This document shows positions 56,634-64,000 of a stretch of 64,000 nt of DNA, piece after piece. The notes beneath the pieces were generated by a model that was given only the letters and a program-made list of their open reading frames with translations, had not been told where the DNA came from and made no database searches. Source of the stretch: Sedimentisphaerales bacterium. GTDB taxonomy: Bacteria; Planctomycetota; Phycisphaerae; Sedimentisphaerales; SM23-30. Each line of letters begins with the position of its first letter. Position 1 is the first letter of the stretch. A program made the position numbers and the translations under genes. Location of the stretch: assembly GCA_963663965.2 (NCBI GenBank), contig CAXXFK010000028.1, positions 320,001 to 384,000 on the forward strand. Direction: 5' to 3'.

Positions 56634-56917
56634 CGGGCCTCGTGACAGGGGTGTTTATTCTGCTGTCGCGAGGCCATCTTGACAACCTCGGCCCGACCCG
56701 ACCGTCCGGCCTGTTGATAGCTCTTACGGGCCTCGTGACAGGGGTGTTTATTCTGCTGTCGCGGGGCCTGCTGAAAACCCCGCAAGCCTATTCGCTTGCT
56801 GTTATTCTTTACGTTTTTTCCGTTGTTCTCGTTCCGCCCGATAGATGGCATTGAGAACAATTACCAGGAGATTATCGGGCCTCGTGACAAAGGTGTTTAT
56901 TCTGCTGTCGCGAGGCC
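56634..56917. repeat. Three direct copies of a 42-nt palindromic element (56634-56675, 56727-56768, 56876-56917)
   Basis: Consensus CGGGCCTCGTGACAGGGGTGTTTATTCTGCTGTCGCGAGGCC; copies differ from it by 0, 1 and 2 nt; separated by unique 51-nt and 107-nt spacers. Confidence 0.92.
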
Positions 56918-56966
56918 GTCTTTCCTGTCAAAATGTTTTGTGTTTTTCCACCAAGGTGAGACTACT

Positions 56967-57161
56967 GTGATACCCGTGACCCGGCTGAATGGAAAACGTT
57001 TCGTGGTGAATGCCGAACAGATTCGTTTCGTCGAACAGACACCCGATACCCTCTTGACACTGACTGGTGGCGATAAAATCATGGTGCGTGAAACCATGGA
57101 TGAAATTGTGCGGCTGGTCGTGGAGTATCAGCGCCAGATCCGCAACTGGAAAGATCGTTAA
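56967..57161 (+). CDS. flbD: Flagellar protein FlbD (SwrD)
   Basis: GTG start; MIPVTRLNGKRFVVNAEQIRFVEQTPDTLLTL..G.K..VRE motif; located between flgE and motA. Confidence 0.92.
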   Translation: MIPVTRLNGKRFVVNAEQIRFVEQTPDTLLTLTGGDKIMVRETMDEIVRLVVEYQRQIRNWKDR

Positions 57162-57190
57162 TCAAATATTCGATCCATTTATGCCGATAA
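57162..57190 (+). promoter_or_regulatory. Sigma28 (FliA)-like promoter upstream of motA
   Basis: tCAAA-N16-GCCGATAA with a perfect -10 octamer at 57183-57190. Confidence 0.65.
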
Positions 57191-57288
57191 TACTGAAATA
57201 CGATGATTTTCCGTTATGTGTCACTCAATTACATTAAATCCAGACAGTGAATTCATAGTTAGGTGAATCGATTGCAGGATAACATTTT

Positions 57289-58056
57289 ATGGATTTAGCA
57301 ACGTTAATAGGCTTGATTCTTGGCTTTGGCCTGGTGGGATTCTCCATCGTTTCCAGCGCCAAGGAAAATACCCCGGTTTTTATCAATATGCCGTCTTTAA
57401 TGATTGTATTGGGTGGCGGGGTGGCTTCGGTCATTATGGCCAATCCCCTTGCCCGTTTTCTCAAAACCGGCAAGTTCTTTTCCAAAGCCCTGATGCACAA
57501 GGAACAGTCGATCCAGAAACTGATCAAGGATCTGGTGGGTTATGCCGAAGTCGCCCGGCGCGATGGCATCCTGTCACTTGAAAGCGCCGCCAAAGATGCC
57601 GATGATCCGTTTATCGTTAAAGGCATTCAGATGGCCGTCGATGGCACCGATCCCGAATTGATCGAACAGATCATGAACAGCGAACTGGAAGCGATCGATG
57701 ATCGCCATTCCCAGGGCAAGGCCATCTTCGATATGCTCGGCAAATACGCGCCCGCCTACGGGATGATTGGTACCCTCGTGGGCCTGGTCGTGATGCTGAT
57801 GAACATGTCCGATCCCTCTGCGATTGGGCCGGCCATGGCCGTGGCGCTCATTACCACGCTTTACGGCTCCATGATTGCCAATATGTTCGCCATGCCCATT
57901 GCTGACAAACTGGCCGCCCGCAACGATGAAGAAATGCTCTTGAAAAGTATCATTATCAAAGGCGTCATGAGTATTCAATCTGGTGACAATCCCCGTATCG
58001 TTGAGCAGAAACTGAAAACTTTCCTGCCTCCCAGCCTGAGAGAAACCGCCGAATAA
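57289..58056 (+). CDS. motA: Flagellar stator protein MotA/PomA
   Basis: ARRDGILSLE, APAYGMIGTLVGL, GPAMAVALITTLYG and IQSGDNPR motifs. Confidence 0.95.
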   Translation: MDLATLIGLILGFGLVGFSIVSSAKENTPVFINMPSLMIVLGGGVASVIMANPLARFLKTGKFFSKALMHKEQSIQKLIKDLVGYAEVARRDGILSLESAAKDADDPFIVKGIQMAVDGTDPELIEQIMNSELEAIDDRHSQGKAIFDMLGKYAPAYGMIGTLVGLVVMLMNMSDPSAIGPAMAVALITTLYGSMIANMFAMPIADKLAARNDEEMLLKSIIIKGVMSIQSGDNPRIVEQKLKTFLPPSLRETAE

Positions 58057-58077
58057 GCTCGGAGTTAATACCCCGTT

Positions 58078-58830
58078 ATGGGTCGCAAGAAAAAAGAAAA
58101 AGCCCCCGAAGGAGCCCCGGAATGGATGGTCACCTATGGTGACATGATGACCCTCCTGTTCTGCTTTTTCGTGATTATTGTCTCCATGAGCGAAATCAAG
58201 GAAGAAGAACGGTTCGACAAAGTGCTTGAATCCATTAAAATGGCCTTCGGCTATAAAGGCGGTGTCGGAAAAACGCCCGCCGAAGTACCCCCCAACAATA
58301 CCTTCGATAAACAGATGCTCCAATTGATCGTCCGAAAATTCCAGTTGCAGGTGGGCAAAAGCGCCGAAGAAGGGATCGAAGGCGAGAATCCCAGCGTCAA
58401 GACCATACGGGATGGTCTGGAATTTACCCTGGGAGGCCGGGTCCATTTCGAACCCGGCAAAGCCCGCCTGCCGGATGCCGCCGTCAAGCAGATTAAGGAA
58501 TTCGCCGAAACCATCAAAGGGCTCAATACCAAAATTCGGGTCAAAGGCCACGCCGCTTCCAAACCTCCGGAAATGTATCAGCCTTTTGCCAGTCTGGATG
58601 ATTTATCCTATGCGCGGGCGATGGAGGTCAAAAAACTCCTGGTCGAATGTGGTATCAGAAAACAGCGTATTACCGTCGAGGCCTGCGGCGATAATGAACC
58701 CCTCGAAACACGCGCCTATGATGAAAATTCCAGGGCCAAAAATCGCCGGGTTTCTATTATTGTTACCGAGGATCTCGTCAAAGATTTTGAAGGCGAATCT
58801 CCAGACTCTGGACGCGAAACTATCTTTTGA
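58078..58830 (+). CDS. motB: Flagellar stator protein MotB/PomB
   Basis: APEWMVTYGDMMTLLFCFFV; OmpA-like domain (LSYARA, RAKNRRV). Confidence 0.94.
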   Translation: MGRKKKEKAPEGAPEWMVTYGDMMTLLFCFFVIIVSMSEIKEEERFDKVLESIKMAFGYKGGVGKTPAEVPPNNTFDKQMLQLIVRKFQLQVGKSAEEGIEGENPSVKTIRDGLEFTLGGRVHFEPGKARLPDAAVKQIKEFAETIKGLNTKIRVKGHAASKPPEMYQPFASLDDLSYARAMEVKKLLVECGIRKQRITVEACGDNEPLETRAYDENSRAKNRRVSIIVTEDLVKDFEGESPDSGRETIF

Positions 58831-58962
58831 TTCAAGTTGGTTTGTCTTTTTTCAGATATATTATATGTTTACTGTGTGTTTGTCTTTTTGTTTATTGAAG
58901 CCAAATGATTTGTAACACTATATAATATAACAAGATAGCGAATTGTGCCTCTGGGGTGATCC

Positions 58963-59484
58963 ATGGCTGAACAGAATCCCGATCAAAATATCGATAAGAC
59001 CGATAGCAAAAAAAAGCTTCCTTTAAAAACACTGATGGTCATTGCGGGGGTGGTTTTAATGGAAATAGCCACCATTGGAACGGTATGGTTTATGCGTGGC
59101 GGGCAGCCCAGCCCGGCTCAGGCTTCTAACCCGATTGAACAGACCCAGGCTGCCGCCGCCAAACAGCTTGCCGAAGTAGTCGTGGCTTCCGGATCGTTTG
59201 ATAACCATATTGGGGGCCGGGCCAAGATGATCGTTAATCTTGAAGTGGCTGCCAAGGTCGAACAGGAAAAGCAGGCCGATTTGGAATCGCAGATAAAACT
59301 GCATGGAAAAGAAATTATGAATATGGTGCGCGAAGTCATTTCTTCCGTTCAACCCACCGAATTAAAAGATCCAAAGCTCCAGGTGGTCAAAAGAGAATTG
59401 CTGATCGGACTGGAAGGGATCATCGACAAAGATCTGGTTAGTGAAATTCTGATATCAGAATGGCAAACTTATGTCTCTGAATAA
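58963..59484 (+). CDS. fliL: Flagellar basal body-associated protein FliL
   Basis: Lys-rich N-terminus plus TM, 173 aa, directly after motB, 'VSEILISEW' tail. Confidence 0.75.
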   Translation: MAEQNPDQNIDKTDSKKKLPLKTLMVIAGVVLMEIATIGTVWFMRGGQPSPAQASNPIEQTQAAAAKQLAEVVVASGSFDNHIGGRAKMIVNLEVAAKVEQEKQADLESQIKLHGKEIMNMVREVISSVQPTELKDPKLQVVKRELLIGLEGIIDKDLVSEILISEWQTYVSE

Positions 59485-59646
59485 ACCCATATTCGGAGAG
59501 AGGTTTGTAGTTGTCGGATATCTCTCAGGATATGTCGCGTGATGGGATAATTATTTGGATGCCATTCTCTGTACGGATTTTCTCGCCTGGAAGGGTTGCA
59601 TATTTTTTAAGGGAAATATTTCTGTTCCGTTTTTCGGTTTTGATAA

Positions 59647-59662
59647 TGGCATGTTGATCGCT
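59647..59662 (+). promoter_or_regulatory. Candidate second sigma54 promoter in the fliL-fliN gap
   Basis: TGGCATGTTGATCGCT has GG-N10-GC spacing and is close to TGGCACG-N4-TTGC, but lies ~310 nt upstream of fliN. Confidence 0.35.
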
Positions 59663-59826
59663 GACAATGCCTGTTGTGATCATATTGGGTTGTACATTTT
59701 TTTTGTTATTCTAATTAGTTTGCGATCGGTTTTCAGTATCCTGTAAACAGAATTTGCCTCCTATATATTGGGGTGTTTGCTGTATGATGTGCAAGATTTA
59801 GAAGGTCGCAAGATTCAAATCAAAAT

Positions 59827-59854
59827 TTATCGGCTAACTGGGAAAGACAACATA
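59827..59854 (-). promoter_or_regulatory. Antisense sigma28-like promoter TATG-N16-GCCGATAA
   Basis: Perfect GCCGATAA on the minus strand at 59827-59834; weak -35. Confidence 0.4.
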
Positions 59855-59974
59855 AAAAATTCTCAAAAAAGTCCCATAATTAATGGATTTTCCCCTTTCC
59901 ATTTTTTGAAATTGGTGTATGATTAATATATCGTTTGAGAGAGTTAAGTAGTGCTGGTCATTTGACTTAATCGG

Positions 59975-60442
59975 ATGGCTAAAGAAGAAAAAAATATGGA
60001 TAACAACGATGCGGATGGAGCCGCGACTTCTAAGGCAAACGATAACAATGCCGGAGTCGGTGGTATTTCTGATGAAGAAGCAGAAGCGATGGCCAATGCC
60101 GCTTTGGCGGAAGCCGGCCTGAAGGTGCATGAAGCGCCGACTCTGCCCGATTTCACTTCCATGCTGAAAGATGCCGTTTCCGGCAGTATCGAAATGCTCA
60201 ATGATGTCGAAATGAATGTCAAAATTGAGCTGGGCCGCGCCGAAATGGAAGTGGATCAGGTTCTTCGTCTCACCACAGGTTCAGTGATTGAACTGGACAA
60301 ACATGCCGGCGATCCCGTCGACATCCTCGTCAATGAAAAACTCGTCGCTCGTGGTGAGGTTCTGGTGATTAACGACAATTTCTGTGTCCGTATTAATGAA
60401 ATCATCCCAGGGGTAACCGAAAGGTTTGCCGCGCTGGAATAA
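59975..60442 (+). CDS. fliN: Flagellar motor switch protein FliN
   Basis: SpoA domain: [17 protein letters not shown]...[29 protein letters not shown]. Confidence 0.95.
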   Translation: MAKEEKNMDNNDADGAATSKANDNNAGVGGISDEEAEAMANAALAEAGLKVHEAPTLPDFTSMLKDAVSGSIEMLNDVEMNVKIELGRAEMEVDQVLRLTTGSVIELDKHAGDPVDILVNEKLVARGEVLVINDNFCVRINEIIPGVTERFAALE

Positions 60443-60454
60443 GTTAATTTCGTC

Positions 60455-60490
60455 TCCCGAAAAGCTGTCGCCGGGTTTTTCGGGATTTTT
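60455..60490 (+). terminator. Terminator-like hairpin after fliN
   Basis: TCCCGAAAAGC...GTTTTTCGGGA followed by TTTTT. Confidence 0.55.
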
Positions 60491-60568
60491 AATTCAAATG
60501 GTTTCTCATCAAAGACCGGTTGATTGGTGTAACCGGTCTTTAACTAATCTAAGCCGGATTCTTGACCC

Positions 60569-61450
60569 ATGGCTAAATCTGCAATCGCATGGATGATTTT
60601 GTCACTATTGGTGATGACGATCGGGAATCGTCAATCCAGGCTCTTTGCGCAGGAATCACAAGGGTTTTCCTCAAATACGCCGTATATTTCCCCGTCTGAT
60701 CTTTCCGAAACGGATCGGAAGAAGATTATCAAGGTGGCCAATAGCCAGGAAATGGATAACAACGCCCCGGCGATCAAAGAAATGGCTTCCGGCCAGAGCA
60801 AAACCTCGGGGGCAGCCCAGGGGCAGGAACTGCCTGTCGCTCCGTTGTCTGATTCAGAAACGACAGTGACATCGGTTAGTGAATTGGAAAAACAGAAAGT
60901 CGGCGGCCGTGTCGCGCAAAACGAACCGCAGACCGGCGTGCCGGATAATGGCGGTAAAACTTCCGGCAATTTCTTTTTCGTCAAATATCTGGGATCATTT
61001 CTGGTCGTCATTGGTTTGATTATCATGCTGGCCTGGTTCTATTATCGCTTGTCACCGGCGCGTCATCTGACTGCAGGCTCGATTCAGATCTTAACCAGAA
61101 CGCCGGTGAACTCCCGTCAGTCGATCTGTCTGGTCAAGATCGGCTCCCGGCTGCTGGTGGTCGGCCTGAGCGCCGGGCACATGACTACATTGGACACCAT
61201 TGAAGAACCCGATGAAGTGGCTCGCATACTGGGGGGCATTGAGAAAAGCATGCCCCATTCGATTAGCAATATGCACGCCTTTAAAGGTTTGTTCAAGCGG
61301 GAAGCCGGTGAATACGACACTGAAACATCAACCGAAACGATTGTGGATTTTGACGACACGGCGAAACCTCACTGGCAGGATGCCAGGGATGAACTCGCCG
61401 GTCTCTTCAATAAAGTAAAAGGTTTGGCTCGTATCCGTTCGAAATCTTAA
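60569..61450 (+). CDS. fliO: Flagellar biosynthesis protein FliO/FliZ
   Basis: Signal peptide, low-complexity region, TM, then 'IQIL.R......SICLVKIGSRLLVVG'; located between fliN and fliP. Confidence 0.85.
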   Translation: MAKSAIAWMILSLLVMTIGNRQSRLFAQESQGFSSNTPYISPSDLSETDRKKIIKVANSQEMDNNAPAIKEMASGQSKTSGAAQGQELPVAPLSDSETTVTSVSELEKQKVGGRVAQNEPQTGVPDNGGKTSGNFFFVKYLGSFLVVIGLIIMLAWFYYRLSPARHLTAGSIQILTRTPVNSRQSICLVKIGSRLLVVGLSAGHMTTLDTIEEPDEVARILGGIEKSMPHSISNMHAFKGLFKREAGEYDTETSTETIVDFDDTAKPHWQDARDELAGLFNKVKGLARIRSKS

Positions 61451-61460
61451 CCGGCGGAGA

Positions 61461-62384
61461 GTGTGTCAATTAATAAGGATGCCGTTTTTGTCAAGGATGA
61501 CTGTACATCGATGGACTTTAATCTTGGTGCTGCTGGCGCTGGCCGGCGGGCGGATTGATCCCGTTTGGGCGCAGGCCGCTGAAACGACAGATAACACCAA
61601 TGTCACCACGGTTAACGGGGATAATAACACCAGTGTCCTTGATCGGATCAATACCGAACAGTTGGTCAATAACGCCACTCAGCCCCAAAACCTGACGGCC
61701 AGCCTGGAAATCCTCATCCTGCTCACGGTTTTGTCTCTGGTCCCCTCGATCCTGATCATGACCACCTGCTTTACCCGCATCGTGGTGGTGCTGGCGTTGC
61801 TGCGGCAGGCTATCGGAACACAGCAGTTGCCGCCCTCGCAGGTCATTACCGCCCTGGCGCTGTTTATGACCTTCTTTGTCATGGCGCCCACCTGGCAGCA
61901 GATCAACGCCCGGGCCATTCAGCCTTATGTCAATCCTGCCGAAGGAACCCAGCGTATTTCCGGAACCGAAATGATGGATCGGTCTGTGGCGCTGTTGCGG
62001 GAATTCATGATCAAACAGATTAACAACACCGACAACACCGAAGACGTCTATCTTTTCGTCGAATTCAATGACCCTGACGAAACCATGCAGGAAAAACTCC
62101 GCAACGCCGAACTCCAGTGGCAGGATGTGCCCACGGCCGCCCTGATCCCGGCCTTTATGACCAGCGAATTAAAGCAGGCCTTTCTGATGGGCTTTTATAT
62201 CTATCTGCCATTTCTGGTAATCGATATGGTCATCGCCTCGATACTTATGTCCATGGGAATGATGATGCTGCCGCCGATTCTGATTTCGTTGCCCTTCAAG
62301 TTGCTGCTGTTCGTCATGGTCGATGGCTGGCATCTCGTTGTGGGCACCTTGCTTTCCAGTTTTACCAATAATCCCGTAGTGTGA
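61461..62384 (+). CDS. fliP: Flagellar export gate protein FliP
   Basis: LTVLSLVPSILIMTTCFTRI, LIPAFMTSELK and MGMMMLPP...LPFKLLLFVMVDGW motifs. Exact start uncertain. Confidence 0.96.
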   Translation: MCQLIRMPFLSRMTVHRWTLILVLLALAGGRIDPVWAQAAETTDNTNVTTVNGDNNTSVLDRINTEQLVNNATQPQNLTASLEILILLTVLSLVPSILIMTTCFTRIVVVLALLRQAIGTQQLPPSQVITALALFMTFFVMAPTWQQINARAIQPYVNPAEGTQRISGTEMMDRSVALLREFMIKQINNTDNTEDVYLFVEFNDPDETMQEKLRNAELQWQDVPTAALIPAFMTSELKQAFLMGFYIYLPFLVIDMVIASILMSMGMMMLPPILISLPFKLLLFVMVDGWHLVVGTLLSSFTNNPVV

Positions 62385-62395
62385 GTGAACAGATT

Positions 62396-62659
62396 ATGGA
62401 TACCCAGACAGCGCTCGACATTGGACGCGAAACCCTGATGATCGCCCTGGTGGTCTCTTTTCCCATGTTATGCGTGGGTCTGGTCGTGGGGGTGGCCATC
62501 TCCATTTTGCAGGCGGTGACCCAGATCCAGGAAATGACCCTGACCTTCGTTCCCAAAATTATCGCGATGGCCGTCGCCATGGCCTTTTTTATGCCCTGGA
62601 TTATCGACAAACTGCTCACTTTTACGCGACAGATGCTCGGCCCCATGCCTGTCCCTTAA
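62396..62659 (+). CDS. fliQ: Flagellar export gate protein FliQ
   Basis: ISILQAVTQIQEMTLTFVPKI. Confidence 0.96.
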   Translation: MDTQTALDIGRETLMIALVVSFPMLCVGLVVGVAISILQAVTQIQEMTLTFVPKIIAMAVAMAFFMPWIIDKLLTFTRQMLGPMPVP

Positions 62660-62805
62660 GAGGCTTTTTAGTGAATGTCCCCGCTCTTCGTTTTTAATAT
62701 AACGCTTACAATTGAAAATGCCCGCTAGACCGTGAGAGAAGTTCTACACGAGTAAAACTTATCTTGCGAGCGATCGGGAATTCTCGTACCCATTGGGTAT
62801 AACCC

Positions 62806-63579
62806 ATGCCCCTGACTGAAATACAACAATTTGTCAATCTGGCGCCGCTCTTTATCCTGGTCCTGTTCCGGATTGCGGCTCTGGTGGCTTTTGCGCCGCT
62901 GCTGGGAATGCAGGATATCCCCGTTCGCGTCCGGATCGTGATGGCGCTGGTCCTGACGGCCGCGGTCTGGCCGATGGTCCGCCCGGTCGTCTGGGAGCCC
63001 GATTCACTCGTCGCGCTGGCCGTTGGCATTGGAGGCGAAATCATGATTGGATTGGCCATGGGCTTTATCCTGACCTTAATGTTTACCGGGATCCGGGTTG
63101 GCGCCGAAATGGTCAGCCAGCAGATCGGATTTTCCATGTCTGAAATTGTCGATCCCGTTTCAGGATCTTCCTCGACGCTGATTGCCCAGTTCTTTATTTT
63201 GCTTACCATGCTCCTGTATGTCCTGATGAACGGCCATCTCGTCCTGATCCGATCGCTGGTCGACACCTTTTCCACGGTTCCGCTGTTAAGTTTCCAGACC
63301 AACCAGACCCTGCTGGCTGTCTTGCTGGCCGTTCTGACCTCGGCCTACCAGATGGGGATCCGGATCGCCGGCCCCACCCTGGCGGCGGTCTTTCTGGCGA
63401 CACTGGCCTTGGGATTTGTCTCCCGGACCATGCCGCAGCTTAACATTCTCGCGGCCGGATTTCCCATTCGCATTCTTTTGTCGATAGTGTTGTTGGTTGC
63501 CTCGATCGGGATGATCGTTGGCATTTTTGAAGAAAGTATCCTCTACGCCTTTCGTCAGATTGGCGATTTGTTTATTTAA
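62806..63579 (+). CDS. fliR: Flagellar export gate protein FliR
   Basis: EIMIGLAMG, AEMVSQQIGF, NGHL and SRTMPQLNI..GFP motifs. Confidence 0.94.
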   Translation: MPLTEIQQFVNLAPLFILVLFRIAALVAFAPLLGMQDIPVRVRIVMALVLTAAVWPMVRPVVWEPDSLVALAVGIGGEIMIGLAMGFILTLMFTGIRVGAEMVSQQIGFSMSEIVDPVSGSSSTLIAQFFILLTMLLYVLMNGHLVLIRSLVDTFSTVPLLSFQTNQTLLAVLLAVLTSAYQMGIRIAGPTLAAVFLATLALGFVSRTMPQLNILAAGFPIRILLSIVLLVASIGMIVGIFEESILYAFRQIGDLFI

Positions 63580-63591
63580 GAAAGTTTTCAT

Positions 63592-64000
63592 ATGCCAGCC
63601 GATACCGGCGATAAAACAGAAGACCCGACCCCGCGCCGACTCCAGGAGGCGCGCGAACAGGGACAGATCGCCCGCAGTATGGACCTCAGCGCCGCTGCCG
63701 GACTGCTGGCCGGGCTGGTCATGCTCAATATCTACGGCAAAGCCATGGTGCGGGGCCTGATGGATCTGTTGCAACAGTGTCTGACCCTCGATGATGTCCA
63801 CCTGGATGGACTGGGCGCGCTGAAAGAACTCTATCCCATCGTACTCAGCCATCTCTGGATGATCCTGGGGCCGGTCTTCCTGGTGCTGGTGGTGGTGGCT
63901 GTGGTTGTCAATCTGGCCCAGGTGGGTTTCCTGTTTATCAGTAAACCACTGACACCGAATCTCAACAAATTGTCGCCCCTGTCTGGTTTGCAGCGTCTCT
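63592..64000 (+). CDS. flhB: Flagellar biosynthesis protein FlhB, 3' end outside the window
   Basis: Not in the ORF track. MPADTGDKTEDPTPRRLQEAREQGQIARSMDL...AQVGFLFISKPLTPNLNKLSP, open to the window edge. Confidence 0.93.
   Translation, partial: MPADTGDKTEDPTPRRLQEAREQGQIARSMDLSAAAGLLAGLVMLNIYGKAMVRGLMDLLQQCLTLDDVHLDGLGALKELYPIVLSHLWMILGPVFLVLVVVAVVVNLAQVGFLFISKPLTPNLNKLSPLSGLQRL

Noticed and set aside
56634..56917. CRISPR array interpretation of the 42-nt repeats
   Set aside because: There are only three copies, the spacers are very unequal (51 and 107 nt), and no cas genes or leader are present in the window. Kept as an unexplained repeat.
56642..56966. 70-aa ORF 56642..56854 and the N-terminal extension of ORF 56796..57161
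   Set aside because: These are translations of the repeat region; FlbD similarity begins at GTG 56967.
59485..59974. c-di-GMP riboswitch, tRNA or other known ncRNA in this or other intergenic gaps
   Set aside because: I could not see the GEMM-type stems or a cloverleaf by eye; an Rfam/Infernal scan is needed to exclude them formally.
1..64000. Prophage, integrase, transposase, rRNA or defence-system genes
   Set aside because: No ORF with recognisable motifs for these was seen.

Overview
This 64 kb bacterial window is most consistent with a Planctomycetota (Phycisphaerae/Sedimentisphaerales-like) genome. That is an inference from the ECF/FecR-LamG pair, the Ig-LamG protein with a Cys-flanked dockerin-like tail and the VWA-ExbB-ExbD-TPR cluster. 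In order, it contains: a partial parvulin PPIase, waaA, a VWA-ExbB-ExbD-ExbD-TPR module, a type II secretion operon (gspC D E F G I J K L M, minus strand, no gspH), an accessory glycan/peptide-degradation block (GH-A lipoprotein, GNAT, C25 peptidase, GH95, ECF/FecR, Ig-LamG, GH92), aroA and an atypical aroC, a GAF-GGDEF cyclase, a small MerR-type regulator and a large flagellar cluster (TPR protein, flgN, HK/sigma54 RR, then flgB to flhB, lacking fliM). Main observations: (1) sigma28-like (FliA) promoter motifs precede motA, the diguanylate cyclase, an 87-aa orphan and the T2SS operon, and one lies antisense in the fliL-fliN gap, suggesting one regulon linking motility, c-di-GMP and secretion. 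(2) Three copies of a 42-nt palindromic element sit between flgE and flbD. (3) FlgD carries three tandem Tudor-like repeats. (4) A ~815-aa membrane-anchored TPR protein heading the flagellar operon is split at an A9 run. (5) Two small-protein/nucleotidyltransferase cassettes each have a truncated transferase. Several frameshifts fall in homopolymer runs and may be assembly errors. All calls are by eye; no database searches were run.
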